Source: Malacoraja senta (taxonomy: Eukaryota). Taken from it: DNA of 64,000 nucleotides. Below, one piece after another: positions 10,713 through 24,659 of this stretch. The stretch lies in NCBI GenBank assembly GCA_038087875.1, contig CM075994.1, positions 10,728,001 to 10,792,000 of the forward strand, written 5' to 3'. A model generated the notes under the pieces. That model was given only the letters and a program-made list of their open reading frames with translations, was not told the DNA's origin and ran no database searches. Every line of letters starts with the position of its first letter. Within the stretch, counting starts at the first letter, position 1. Both the position numbers and the translations under genes were made by a program.

Positions 10713-12831
10713 ATGGTGACATTTTGGAGAGTGAATCCATTGATATGGAATCGAACATGATTCTCATGAACTGGGCCAATGGGTGGATTAAAGGCTGATT
10801 TATTTAACTCGGTTAAAAATGATGCGTTGGAAAGACATGACAGGGTAGATTATACACATTAAAAAGTTACCCCCTGTGTTATTTTTAGCAGACTAGGGAG
10901 ACATTGGAATGCAGACATACAGCTCCATGAAAATGGCACCAGGGATGGGCAGGGTGGCGACGGAGGCGTTTGACACATTTGCTGGGTCCTTGAGGGTATG
11001 AAATACAGGATTTGATACAACTGTACAAGACACTAGTAAGATCACACCTCCAGATTCAGGGACAGTTTCATCCCAGTTTATATCAGGCAACTGAATCATA
11101 TTTCCACAATCAGACAGCAGTGCTGAACTACTATCTACATTTATGGTGACGCTCGGACTGTACATGAGCGGACTTTGCTGGCTTTACCTTGCACTAAACG
11201 TTATTTCCTTATCATGCATCTATACACTGGAAATGGCTGATTTTCTGCAAATTGGATAGCACGCAACAAGAGCTTTTCACTGTAGCTCGGTACACGTGAC
11301 AATAAACTAAACTGAACAACTGAACTGACTGCATTGATAGTACCTTCCCCCTCACCTCCATCCTGGGATCACAGTCTCCTTCCAAATGAGACAAAGGTTC
11401 ACGGTCACCTCACCCACTGCATCCTGTATTCCTGGTGACGCCTGTTGCGCATTCGTGTGAAAGTCCGACCATTTGGCTGAACACTTGCACTCGGTCAGCC
11501 AAGGGCTGCCGTATGTCAACCATTTTAACTCATCTTCCCATTCCCACGTTGGCCTATCTGTCCGGGGCCTTCTTCGTGGCCAGAGTGAGGCCATACACAA
11601 ACTGGAGGAACAGTGCCTCATATTCCCAACAACATCAATAACAGTAATGTTTTTATGTGCAGCAGGACTGACAGGGTCAGGGCAAATTTCGACCAGAGAC
11701 TCGGAATGTTAACTCATGTCCTCTCTCCGCAGATCCTGCCTGACCAACTGCGGACCCATCCCAAGCCCACTTGACTATCTCAGCTTTGTCCACCCACACA
11801 ACAGAAGTCTGGGCTCAGTCAAAAACGCCTGAGTCAGAGATTGTGCAGCCCACTTTGTTGGGATTTGGGAATGCTGATTACAAATCTGGAAGATTACGGA
11901 CATGGGGGGTGGAATGGCAACATTCCTTGAATGAGCGAAGATTATTTACTAACATTGGAGCCAGGAACAGAAGTGTGTCCCGCAGTTTAAGGAGGGTAAG
12001 TTGTGAGGAGTGATGTAGATGCAAACTCAGATTAAGGACAAGTAAGAATTTCATTACTCTGCCTCGGTACAGATGACAATTAACAACTCATGACAATCTC
12101 TCTTGGGCTGAGGGCGGCGATTAAAGTTTCAGCTGATGGATTGGGTGAAAGAAGGGAAGAAACAGAGGCAGATAATCAGAGAAAAATATGTAAAAGGCGT
12201 TGGTTCATTGAAATCAAACCCACTTACAATATTGTAGGTCAGTAGATTAATACAACAGATACATTTAATACCCTGTTGTTGCAGTTGGATAATTCGCACG
12301 ACCAGTAACATTCATAAGAACCGAATAGAAAGGTTGTCTTTATTTGAATGATGTGTTTGGTGCTTCTAATACTCCAATTGAAATAAACCAAAATCACTTT
12401 GGACAGCATAGCTTGCTTTTAAACTCTGTGAATGTTCCTGTCTGCAAATTGACTCCTGCATTCCAATTGCCATTCCTGGCTGCACTTCAAAGAGAATTGC
12501 ACCAGTTAACCACTTTGGGGTCTCCTAAAAGAGATGCGAGGACATTGTGTCAATGTAAGCGGGTTGTTGCTGTACGCACTCGATCTTGGATGGAATAACC
12601 CATTTCCGATGCAGAAACAGGGGTAGTGGATAGACGAAGTAGCCGATGGCGTCCGCGGGCTTGGAATGGACATTGGTCACTCGGGTTTTCTCTGAATTGG
12701 AGAAAGAGACGGCGAGAAACAAAGGGAAGAGTCGGGGCTCGACCAGAGCAAAGTGGGAGCTGGTTGGAGACTGGCAGTGAGGGAAATGAAGGGTTAAAGT
12801 GGTGAACGAGAGCAGGAAACAGCACCGATAC

Positions 12832-13360
12832 TCATCTATTGCATCCACTGCTCTAGATGTCAGCTGATCTACATCGGTGAGACCAAGCATAGGCTTGCCG
12901 ATCGTTTCGCCGAACACCTCCGCTCGATCCGCAAAAACCAACCTGACCTCCCGGTGGCTCAGCACTTCAACTCCCCCTCCCATTCCGTATCCGACCTCTC
13001 TGTCCTGGGTCTCCTCCATGGCCAGAGCGAGCAACACCTGAAATTGGAGGAACAGCACCTCATATTCCGCTTGGGGAGTCTGCATCCTGGGGGCATGAAC
13101 ATTGAATTCTCCCTAATTTGCTAGCCCCTGCTGTCTCCTCCCCTTCCTATCTCCCTCAGCCCTCGGGCTCCTCCTCTTCCTTTTTCCTTTCTTCTCCCTG
13201 CCGCCCCCCCCCCCCCAACCCCCTATCAGTCTGAAGAAGGGTTTCGGCCCGAAACTTTGCCTATTTCCTTCGCTCCATAGATGCTGCTGCATCCGTTGAG
13301 TTTCTCCACCATTTTTGTGTACCTTCAATTTTCCAGCATCTGCAGTTCCTTCTTAAACAC
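12832..13360 (+). mobile_element. Penelope 3' fragment (GIY-YIG end + terminal repeat)
   Basis: Close match to ~45598-46138; flanked by a caccgatac duplication; absent at the paralogous sites ~7437 and ~34395. Confidence 0.88.
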
Positions 13361-13768
13361 CGATACAGACATGATGTACCCGAGAGAGAGGTGAGGGAGG
13401 GGTCGGGCGGTGACTGAAACAAGGAATGATCTACGTACCGTACAGAGAGACAGACACAACGGGCTCCCATCTGGAAAGGGGAATTCGATTTGAACCCATT
13501 CTTCCAAAGATCCGTTCGAAGAAAACTAATCTGTTGTGTGGAATCAAATGCTGCAAACACGCTATAAATTCACTGAATCTATGAGTCGCCGGACTTTAGG
13601 AATGGGGGAGCCCGGAGCTTAGGACCCGCCGCCCCCGGCTGCTGCTGAACCTGCGGGAAGGGCGATTGTTTCAATCTTTATATTTTCACAAAAGTAATTT
13701 CTGTTCCTTTACCGGACGCGGTTAACGCGTTAAAATGAATGGATAGGCAGCTCTGATTTTAGTTGCTG

Positions 13769-13811
13769 TTTATTTCACTCTTCCCACATTTACATTCCCC
13801 CTGGTTTTATT
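13769..13811 (-). terminator. Two candidate AATAAA polyadenylation signals of gene B (conserved after C, D and E)
   Basis: tttatt on the + strand at 13769 and 13806, about 140-180 nt after the stop codon. Confidence 0.55.
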
Positions 13812-13949
13812 TCCGCGCTCAGTGGGGTTTCACGAAGCGGAATTTGGGGATTAAATGGGAGCCGTTCAGCGCTGACCTGTTGTTCACCGGGTTTCTGCCC
13901 CACATCCCCTGAGCCCCGCACCTAACGCCGGTCCCAGGACCCGACTCTT

Positions 13950-16900
13950 TTACACACCAGGAGCGGAACCGGTGCAGATTGTCAGCCACAGGTTTTCCTC
14001 CCAAGTCCAGAAGAAAGGATAAAGTTTCTCCGTGAATTTATTCCCAGTGAAGGTGTGGAGAAGGGACTTGGTGTCCGCGTCGTAAAGTGAAACTGTCCCG
14101 GACTCATAACTGAGATAAATTCCCACCTTCCCGGGGATGGGACGGGCGGGGAGACGGGATAGAGGGGAGGTATGTGCAACAAACTCGTCACTCTGCCGCC
14201 CGATGCTCCAGACTCCAGTCTCCGTGGACGGTGGATCCTCTCCATTCCTCTCCACAGACTCTGCGGCGACTCCCAGACTCCAGCCACGACACTCCGCCAC
14301 CTCCACCTCCCAGTAGTGTCTCCCCGATGTGAATCCCTCCGATCCCAGCACACACTCCCAGGATCTAAATCTCTTCTCGGTGTCAGGGAGATCCACGCAG
14401 GTCTCGGTACATCTCACCCTCTTCCGATCCTCAGACACCTCAAGCTGCGGACCTGCTGTTTCCGCATCCAGGGTGAGGGAGACTGGGGGGAGAAGCAGAG
14501 AATCAGAGAGTCCCCGGGGGTCTGGGAGAGACTCGGGCGGCGCGGTCCCGGGACCGGGGAGAAGCCGCTCGGCCTCAGACACTGTCGGTCTGATAACTGA
14601 ATCCTTGCTCGAGGTTTCACCCACAACAACATCAAAATAGATAACAGACATCTTTCCCGGAGTGTCCCAACCGGCCAGGTAAGGGGAAATTCGCGGGTTA
14701 TCTGGAATGGGCGGGAGCTGGTGGACGAGGAAAACGAATGCGAAAAGTGAGGATAAACGAGAGATTGCGGGAGGGGATGGAGAAATAAGGCGGATATTTA
14801 AATATCTTAATATAGAAATATAGAAAATAGGTGCAGGAGTAGGCCATTGGGCCCTTCGAGCCTGCACCGCCATTCAATATGATCATGGCTGATCATTCAA
14901 CAATATCCTGTTCCTGCCTTCTCTCCATACCCCCTGATCCCTTTAGCCACAAGGGCCACATCTAACTCCCTCTTAAATATAGCCAATGAACTGGCCTCAA
15001 CTACCTTCTGTGGCAGAGAATTCCACAGATTCACCACTCTCTGTGAAAATGTTTTTCTCATCACGGTCCTAAAAGACTTCCCCCTTTTCTTCAAACTGTG
15101 ACCCCTTGTTCTGGACTTTCCCAACATCGGGAACAATCTTCCTGCATCTAGCCTGTCCAACCCCTTAAGAATTTTGTACGTTTCTATAAGATCCCCCCTC
15201 AATCTTCTAAATTCTAGCGAGTACAAGCCGAGTCTATCCAGTCTTTCTTCATATGAAAGTCCTGCCACCCCAGGAATCAGTCTGGTGAACCTTCTCTGTA
15301 CTCCCTCTCTGGCAAGAATGTCTTTCCTCAGATTAGGAGACCAAACTGTACACAATACTCCAGGTGTTGTTTCGCCAAGGCCCTGTACAACTGCAGTAGA
15401 ATCTCCTTGCTCCTATACTCAAATCCTTTTGCTATGAATGCTAACATACCATTCGCTTTATTCACTGCCTGCTGCACCTGCATGCCTACTTTCAATGAAT
15501 GGTGTACCATGACACCCAGGTCTCGTTGCATTTCCCCTTTTCCGAATCGGCCACCATTTAGATAATAGTCTACTTTCCTGTTCTTGCCACCAAAGTGGAT
15601 AACCTCACATCTATTCACATTATATTGCATCTGCCATGCATTTGCCAACTCACCCAACCTATCCAAGTCACCTTGCAGTCTCCTAGCATCCTTCTCAAGC
15701 TAATACTGCCCCCTAGCTTTGTGTCATCCGCAAACTTGGAGATGTTGCATTCAATTCCCTCGTCCAAATCATTAATATATATTGTAAATAGCTGGGGTCC
15801 CAACACTGAGCCTTGCGGTACCCCACTAGTCACTGCCTGCCATTCTGAAAAGTACCCGTTTACTCCTATTCTTTGCTTCCTGTCTGCCAGCCAGTTCTCT
15901 ATCCACATCAATACTGAACCCCCAATACCATGTGCTTTAAGTGTGCATATTAATCTCTTATGTGGGACCTTGTCAAAAGCCTTCTGAAAGTCCAGATATC
16001 ACACATCCACTGGTTCTCCCTTATCCACTCTACTAGTTACATCCTCGAAAAATACTATAAGATTCGTCAGACATGATTTACCTTTCATAATTCCATGCTG
16101 ACTTTGTCCAATGATCTCACCACTTTCCAAATGTGCTGCTATCCCATCTTTAATAACTGACTCTAGCAATTTCCCCCACTACCGATGTTAGACTAATGGG
16201 TCTGTAATTCCCCGTTTTCTCTCTCCCTCCTTTTTAAAAAGTGGGGTTACATTAGCTACCCTCCAATCCTCAGGTACTACTCCAGAATCTAAAGAGTTTG
16301 GAAAAATTATCAATAATGCATCCACTATTTCTGCGGCTACCTCCTTAAGTACTCTGGGATACAGCCTATCTGGCCCTGGGGATTTATCAGCCTTTAATCC
16401 ATTCAATTTACCTAACACCACTTCCCGACTAACCTGGATTTCACTCAGTTCCTCCATATCATTTGACCCCCGGTCCCCTGCTATTTCCGGCAGATTATTT
16501 ATGTCTTCCTTAGTGAAGACAGAACCAAAGTAGTTATTCAATTGGTCTGCCACATGATCAATTCACCTGTTTCCGACTGCAAGGGACCTACATTTGTTTT
16601 AACTAATCTTTTACTCTTCACATATCTATAAAAACTTTTGCAGTCAGTTTTTATTTTATCTGCCAGTTTTTATGTTATCTGCCAGTTTTCTTTCATAATC
16701 TATTTTCCCTTTCCTAATTAAGCCCATTGTCCTCCTCTGCTGGACTCTAAATTTCTCCCAGTCCTCTGGTAGGCTGCTTTTTCTGGCTAATTCGTATTCT
16801 TCATCTTTTGTTTTTATAGTATCCCTGATTTCCCTTGTTATCCACGGATGCACTACCTTCCCTGATTTATTCTTTTGCCAAACTGGGATGAACAATTGTT

Positions 16901-19900
16901 GTAGTTCATCCATGCAGCCTTTAAATGCCTTCCAATGCATATCCACCATCAACCCTTTAAGAATCAATTCCCAGTTTATCTTGGCCAATTCACGTCTCAT
17001 ACCCTCAAAGTTACCTTTCTTTAAGATGAGAACCCTTGTTTCTGAATTAATTATGTCACTCTCCATCCTAATGAAGAACACAACCATATTATGGTCACTC
17101 TTGCCCAAGGGGCCACGTACAACAAGACTGCTAACTAACGCTTCCTCCGTACTCAATACCCAGTCTAGAATAGCCTGCTCTCTCGTTGGTTCCTCTACAT
17201 GTTGGTTTAGAAAACTATCCTGCATACATTCCAAGAAATCCTCTTCCTCAGCACCCCTGCCAATTTGATTCACCTAATCTATATGTAGATTGAAGTCACC
17301 CATTATAACAGCTTTAGCTTTGTTGCACGCATTTCTAATTTCCTGTTTGATGCCATCCCCAACTCCACTACTGCTGTTAGATGGCCTGTACACAACTCCC
17401 ACTAGCGTTTTCTGCCCCTTAGTGCTTCGCAGCTCTATCCATATTGATTCCACATCCTCCAAGCTAATGTCCTTCCTTTCTATTGCGTTAATCTAACCAG
17501 CAACGCTACCGCACCTCCTTTTCCTTTCTGTCTATCCCTCCTGTATATTCAATATCCCTGGATGTTCAGCTCCCAGCCTTGGTCACCCTGGAGCCATGTC
17601 TCCGTGATCCCAACTATATCGTATTCATTAATAACTATCTGCACATTCAACTCATCCACCTTATTACGAATGCTCCTTGCATTGAGACACAAAGCCTTCA
17701 GGCTTGATTTTACAACACTCTTACCCCTTATACAATTATGTTGAAAAGTGGCCCTTTTTGATTTTTGCCCTGGATTTGTCTGCCTGCCACTTTTACTTTT
17801 CACCTTGCTACCTTTTGCTTCTACCCTCATTCTACACCCCTCTGTCTCTCTGCTCATGCTCCCATCCCGCCTGCCACATTAGTTTGCCAGTAGATGGCTT
17901 GGGAGAGGCAGATTAGAAGATGAGGAAACTGGTGTGAGTGTTAATTAGAGGTGGTTAAAGAGGATGTAGAGATGTGGGGTGGAGTTGCCATGATCATATT
18001 GAACGGGAGTGGACTGGACGCACGAGGCCATCTGCTACTTTCCTTACTTTCTTTAGAGGAGGATGGATTTGATGCGTCTGTACAACCAAGAACACTATGA
18101 TCTCATTGTGAAACAATATGTGAACTTTGCTGGGGGACCAGACAATGTTTTGCATGTAAGGCTGGTCCAGAAAGTGAAGGCAGGTGGGATCCCAGATGAG
18201 TTGTAAAATGGTTCCAAAATTGTCTTGGTGGTTGGAGGTGGAAGGTAGCAGTGGAAGCATGTTCTGCTTGGAGGTCTGTGACTGGTGGTGTGCAGCAGAG
18301 ATCGGTGCTGCAACCTTTGCAGTTTATTTTCTATTTTCGTGGCTTGGATGTGAATGTAGGAGGTGTGAAAAGTACATTTGTGGAGAATGGGAAATGTTGT
18401 GGATAGCGAGGAAGTCTGCCAAAGTCTGCAACAAGATATAGGCTAGATCATCGAAACCTTATTGTCATGCAGGGATATCAATATTGGAGGACGTAATTTT
18501 GTTCACGCACAGAGTTGTAAGAAGTATCAGTTTTACCTCGTTTGATGATATCAGATGTTTCTCTCAATGCCATGTTGTGGAAAAAAGTGAGATCAAACTT
18601 TTCAATCGGTAACGCACCCTCTATCACACCATCTACTACACACATTGTTTGAGCTTCATCACTAAACCTGCAAATATTTAACAGCTGGTTAGAAACTGAG
18701 CATTCGCTGTTTTTTTTTAGCTGTACTATAAAAACATACATTGTTTCAGACAAAAGCATGTCCTACCTCCTCTTGCGAACAGCTTGCTCCTGAAAAAAAT
18801 AAAACACAAATCTAAATAGACTGAGATGGATCATGATCCCGACGGTAGTTATTTCACCAAATTGCTACAAAAAAACCCCTCTGATAATTCCAATTTCCCA
18901 ACTCTTTGCCGCTCTCCCACAGAGAGAAAGTGGATATTGTCGTGGAGAAATCAAACACGGGGGGAAGCATTACTGCGAGTATGCAACTTACGAATCAAAC
19001 CGGGCAGGTCGTGGGATTTTATCTGGAGAAGATGCCAGAGATAATAGGATGGAATATTTTAAGGTCAGCGGTGGATTTAAATGGGTGGGGGTTGGAAATA
19101 TTATCACTACTTGTGGGAAAAAGAAAGATAAAGCCTGGAATGTATGATGGCCTTTAATAAATTCCACAAGAAATGTAGTAAAGAGAACGTGGAACTCGCA
19201 GGGTGGGCTGGACTATATTGCAGATAAATTTAAGTTGAAATGGGATAAATACATGAGGATTCCTGGAATTTGGGGCATTTTTGTCGGTTGTGGTGAGTAG
19301 ATTGACAGATGGAACATTGACCCAGTACTGATTTACTGGTAAATGCAGCATTTATTTCAGTAATTTAACCCACCATTTTGTGACTGTGCACTTTCACTTC
19401 AACAAACTGTAGTGTAACCCCTCACCTTCAGAAATATCACGCCGTCCTTGTGATCTATCTGTTCCTGTAACTTTGAGAGTTCCTCCTGAATGGAATTTAA
19501 ATTATTTTGTATCTCTTGAACATATGACTCCATTGTTTTTACAATTTTCTTCTCTTCTTCCTGGATATCTCCGAGTAAGCGCTGCTCTTTCTCCACGAGA
19601 ATCTGGTGCAGTTCAGCAAACTGGGATGTGACCTGTGACTGAAGGTTGTGTGACTCCTCCTATCAGAGAAAGATAAGATTCAATATATTATGTCACTCTG
19701 AGTGCAGGAAAATGCCATTCGGCCCAACATGTCCATGAGCTTCGTATGTATCTACACTAATCCAATTTTCATGTATTTAATTCGTAGCTTTCATTACCGA
19801 GGCAATTCAAGAGCTTCTCTCAATAATTCTGAAATATTTTGTGAAAGTTATGTACAATCACATAATTCCCATTTCACCAATTCAATTCCCTGCAACCTAA

Positions 19901-21096
19901 ACCATTTATATGTCCATTGACCCTCACAGGACAGAACTAGGTCACCAGAACTAGCAGACAGCAGCACCACTTAGAACAGACTTCATAGAGTCATACAGCA
20001 AGGGGCGTTAGATACCGACCAAGGCGCCCCATCTGCGCTAATTCCACCTGCCCGCATTTGGCCCAGATAGCTCTAAAACTTTTCTCTCCACGAATCTGTT
20101 CAAATACTTTTCAACTGTTGTTATGGTACCTGACTCAACTACCTCTTCTGGCAGCTCGTTCCATGTACCCACTATCAAAGTTGTCCTTCACGTTCCTTTT
20201 AAATCTTTTCCCTCTCACCTAAAACATATACCCTCATATTCTCGCCCACCCCCCTGCTAAGGGTAAAAGACTGACCATCCAACGTATCATTTCGTTTCAT
20301 GATATTATACACCTGCCACAGACAATTCTTCAGACTCCTGCGTTCCAGGGAGTAAAGTCTTTGGCTGCTCAACCTCTCCCAAGAGTTCTGGCTCTCGACT
20401 ACTGTGCTCTATAGAGGTGCCAAATTGTTGCACACATCAAAGGGATTAAATCTACACAAGAACATTAAAGCGACAGCACAAACCTGAACGTCAGAAATGC
20501 TCCATTTCTGTCCTCGCTCCAATCCCTGGATGTATGATTCCGTTTCTGTGAGAAATTTGAAGGTAGATTTCATCTGAGCCTGGGGTTGGGTTTTCAGATC
20601 AGAGAATAAAAATGTCAGAAAATGAACACGACATGACACAATGAAGTGATCAGAATCGGTTTGCTTTTACCTTGTAGTTCGCAACAGCTTCATCTACCGG
20701 CATGACGCTGTGAGACTTGTGTTCCCGCCCAGCTGCACAAGTCACACAGATCAGTTTCTTGTCCGTTTCACAAAACAGCTTCAGTTCTTCCTGATGTTCC
20801 TCGCAGTGAGGTTTACTTTCCTTCGCTTTGAGATTCAGGCTCAGTGTTCGCGCTCTCAGTGTTCGCGCTTTCTCAGACAGTCTCGCCAAGGCCCGATTCA
20901 CCCTGAGGGTGCGGTCTGTAAACTCCTCTCTACATTCCGGGCAGGGGTTTCTCCTCTCCCTGTCCCAACTCCGTGTGATGCAGGAGCGGCAGAAGTTGTG
21001 CCCACACTCCAGTGACACCGGATCGGTGAAGAGATCCAGGCAGATGGGACAAACTACCTCCTCGGTCCAACTCTCGACCTGGTCTTTCGCAGCCAT
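13950..21096 (-). CDS. TRIM gene B, apparently intact RING-B-box-CC-PRY/SPRY protein (~480 aa). Exons 20671-21096, 20484-20579, 19426-19659, 18767-18789, 18537-18667, 13950-14482
   Basis: All six exons have GT/AG boundaries; 426+96+234+23+131+533=1443 bp in frame. Last exon has B30.2 motifs ([32 protein letters not shown]). Confidence 0.92.
14809..17883 (-). mobile_element. CR1-clade LINE (APE endonuclease + RT ORF2, frameshifted) in intron 5 of gene B
   Basis: ORF pieces [24 protein letters not shown] (APE) and [17 protein letters not shown] (RT), plus a CR1 C-terminus ([18 protein letters not shown]). Empty site visible in gene C at ~25508. Confidence 0.93.
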
Positions 21097-21172
21097 TTTA
21101 AATCCTCCACTAACTGCTTCAAAATGTATTCACTGACGTGGAGCTGCTGAATATGGTCATGGTCAGGTGACC

Positions 21173-21445
21173 GTCACGGCGGCGCAGCGGTAGAGTTGCT
21201 GCAATGCAGCGAATGCAGCGCCGGAGAACTGAGTTCGATGCTGACTACGGGTGCTGTCTGTACAGAGTTTGTACGTTCTCCCGTGATCTGCGTGCTTTTT
21301 TCTCCGAAATCTTGGGTTCTTCAGAGGCTTGGCAAAAGTAACAAATGTCCCTAGTGGCTGTAGGATGGTGTTAATGTGCGCGGATCGCTGGTCGGCGCGG
21401 ACCCAGTGGGCCGAAGGGCCTGTTTGCGCGCTGTATCACGAAACT
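21173..21445 (+). mobile_element. HE1/V-SINE-like SINE upstream of gene B
   Basis: Paralogue of 1945-2206. Confidence 0.8.
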
Positions 21446-21871
21446 CAACAGTACTGTGTCGCTGCGCCCGCTGCCGTCCCGGGCAATGAGCGCTATTTTA
21501 CCTCAAGTGTTCAGTGTGAAGATTTCCTGGCCTCCAACTCATCTCACACGAGGGAGGGGCAGATTGCACATTAAACTGGCCTGAATATGGACGAGAAAGA
21601 CTAAGGCAGGACAGAATGGGACGGGGCCCGGCGCTGAGGAAGCCTCGGGTGGAACCTGAGGAGGCGTTGCACCTGTTGGGCAGCGGAACCCGCCGCCCGC
21701 ATCTCCGTTCACAGCCCGGAGACCTCCCACCGCCCTTATTTTATTCCACAAACGTGCACCTGTCTCTCATGCAGCAGTCTTCGGGGCAAACTATGTTTGC
21801 GTGTATTGTTTAAACGATATTATATAACGATCTAAAATTCATTGCAGTTTGCAAAGGTTTACTTTGTCTGT

Positions 21872-21899
21872 CTGAAGAAGGGTCTCGACCCGAAACGTC
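21872..21899 (+). ncRNA. Putative minimal hammerhead motif (identical cores at 8015, 23469, 59449)
   Basis: CTGAAGA-A-GGGT(CTCG)ACCC-GAAA-C-GTC. Confidence 0.55.
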
Positions 21900-21984
21900 A
21901 CCCATTCATTCTATCCATAGATGCTGCCTCACCCAATGAGTATCTCCAGCAGTTTTGTCGACCAGATTCTTTGTCTGCTGATCA

Positions 21985-22292
21985 GTTTAGTTTAGTTTAG
22001 TGTAGAGATAGTTTAGAAATCAGGCCACTCGGTCCACCGAGTCTGCACCAACCAGCGATCCCCACAAATTAACACTATCCTGCACACACTGGGCACAATT
22101 TTACACACCCACCAAGCCAATTAACCTACATACCTGTACGTCTTTAGAGTGTGGGAGGAAACTGAAGATCTCGGAGAAAACCCACGCGGTTACGGGATTC
22201 AACATACAGTCAGCACCCGTAGTCGGGATCGAACCCAGGTCTCTGGCGCTGCAAGCGCTGCAAGGCAGCAACTCTACCGCTGCGCCACCGTG
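21985..22292 (-). mobile_element. HE1/V-SINE-like SINE
   Basis: Paralogue of 8128-8431. Confidence 0.8.
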
Positions 22293-24659
22293 GAATCAGT
22301 GAGTGTGGAACACGGAACACTCAGATTCGAAAGCCCAATTGGCAGCATTTCCTCCGCCCCTGCGGGTCATTCTTGCCGCTAATGCTTCCGAGATGGCGTC
22401 CAACCAAGGCGTCTATTTGCGTGCGATGCAGATCTACAATCACATATTACAATCGCCCCACACTCTTAAATCTCTACTCCCACCTCAACATTTCTCACTT
22501 TAACTACGATCGGACTTTGCTGGTTTAACCTTGCACTACACGTTATTCCATCATCGATTGTAATCATATATTGTCTTTCTGCTGACTGGATAGCACGCAA
22601 CAAAAGTTTTCACTGTACCTCGAAACACGTGACAATAAACAAATCTGAAAAACCTTATTCTCCTCAGATAGGCACAAAATGCTGGAGACCGTCTCTACCC
22701 GAAACGTCACCCATTCCTTCTCTGCAGAGATGCTGCCTGTCCCGCTGAGTTAATCCAGCATTTTGGGTCTATCTTCGGTTTAAACCAGCGTCTGCAATCG
22801 TTCCTACACTCCGAGCCATATTCCCCTTGTTGCTTCTCTCTCTCTAATTGGTGCCCATTTGAACAAATTTGGACATTTCAGATGCCCTGGTGTGGAACGC
22901 CTCATCCTGGGAGCAGATGCGGCGTAGACGGAGGAATTGGGAGTAGGGGATGGAGTCGTTACAGGAAGGAGGGTGGGAAAAACACCCCCCCCCCATCCCC
23001 AATTCCCCCTCTCCACACCGGACCCGAGATTGAACCATGAGAAAGCTTTCAAATGCCCTTCTCCACAGAGAACCTGCACCCGCTTCTCCGGCCTCACCCT
23101 CGACCCGAATCTCCTCATGCTTGAAACCATTCCAGTGAATATCTCCTGCGCCCTCCCGATGACCCTCGCTTCATTCATTAAGTTTGGTGACCAGAAATAG
23201 GCTTGATGCACCAGTTGGGTCCAAACCTGTGTTTTATACAGATTTAACGTAACCTCCTGATGATGTAGGAAAGAACTGCAGATGCTAGTTTAAATCGAAG
23301 ATAGACACAAAATGCTGGAATATCTCAGCAGGACAGGCAGCATCTTAGGAGAGAAGGAAAGTGTGACGTTTCGGGTCGAGACCCTTCTTCGGACTCTTTC
23401 ACTCATTTTTTTCTACGTCTCATTATATCACCGTCGATATCTCTCGATTCCCTTTCCCCTGACACAGTCTGAAGAAGGGTCTCGACCCGAAACGTCACCC
23501 ACTCCTTCTGTCCAGAGATGCTGCCTGTTGCGCTGTGTTACTCCAGCTTTTTGTGACTATGTCCTGATGTTGTACTCTGGGCCTTCATTGATGAGGTTCT
23601 GGATTCCCGTTGCCATTACTGGCTGCACTTCAATGTGATTTACGCAGGTAAAGCACTCTGTGGTCTCCGAAAAGAGATGCGAGGACATTGTATAAATGTT
23701 AGCGGGTTGTGACGCTGCAATGCTGAGAACTAAATGCTGCACATTGTAACTGTCCCTTTCCCCTATCTATTGTACAGGAGTTCGACTTCATTGTATTTAT
23801 CTTTGGTATTATCTAATTTGACTGGATAGGATGCAAAACAAAACCTTTGGACACGTGAAAATGATGAACCTAAACCAGTTTGGGACTGAAGACAGGTGGG
23901 TCATGGTGGTGGGGGTTAGTGCCGGGGGTTGGAGGGGGGCGGGTTGTGGAGGGTCATGGATGTTTTACGGTTCGACTCGTGATCCTCAGACTTGATGGAC
24001 GATTGGCTTCTTGTATTTTAAATCGTGCGTAAAAAAGATCAAGCCTTTACAGAATTTACACGGGGTAGTGGATGGACAACTACCTGAGAGAGAGGTGAGG
24101 GAGGGGTCTGGCGGCGACTGAAACAAGGAATGTTCTACGTATCCTACAGAGAGACAGACAGAGCCTCAGCACAACGGGTTTACACCTGGAACCGGGAATC
24201 CGGTTTGAAACCATTCTTCCAAAGATCCGTTTCGAAGAAAACGAATCTGTTGTGTGGAGAGCAAATGCTGCAAACACGATATAAATTCTTCGAGTCGGCG
24301 AACTTTAGGACCCGGGTGAGCCTGGAGCTCAGGACCCGCCGCCCGCGGCTGCTGCTGAACCCGCGGGAAGGGCGATTGTTTCAATCTTTATATTTTCACA
24401 AAAGTAATTTCCGTTCCGTTGCCGGACGCGGTTAACGCGTTAAAACGAATGAATCGACAGCTCTGAATTCAGTTGCTGTTTATTTCACTCTTCCCACATT
24501 TACTTCCCCCCTGGTTTTATTTCCGCGCTCACTGGGGTTTCACGACGCGGAATTTGGGGTTTAAATGAGCGCCGTTCAGCGCCGACCTGTTGTCTACCGG
24601 GTTTCTGCCCCACAGCCCCTGAGCCCCGCTCCTGACGCCGGTCCCGGTACCCGACCCTT

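Larger units (their letters stand above)
7600..12550 (+). repeat. Segmental duplication, direct copy of ~59035-64000 (related to ~21480-23790 and ~47000-51500)
   Basis: Colinear, closely similar sequence up to the window end. Confidence 0.9.

Noticed and set aside
11771..12013. ORF ending VSRSLRRxSCEE, superficially like an Ig light-chain C-terminus
   Set aside because: Canonical Ig C1 Cys/Trp spacing is absent and the frame is not conserved among copies.
14725..14755. ISRE-like GAAA repeats in intron 5 and NF-kB-like sites near 7550-7575
   Set aside because: Imperfect matches to consensus; such short motifs are expected by chance.
14483..14873. N-terminal extensions of the PRY/SPRY ORFs (307, 231 and 224 aa ORFs)
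   Set aside because: The extensions run through GC-rich intron 5 and, in B, the CR1 tail. A conserved polypyrimidine-AG acceptor (ttctccccccag) marks the real exon start.
18826..19157. Plus-strand ORFs in intron 3 of B, C and E
   Set aside because: Frames and starts differ between paralogues and no domain is recognisable.
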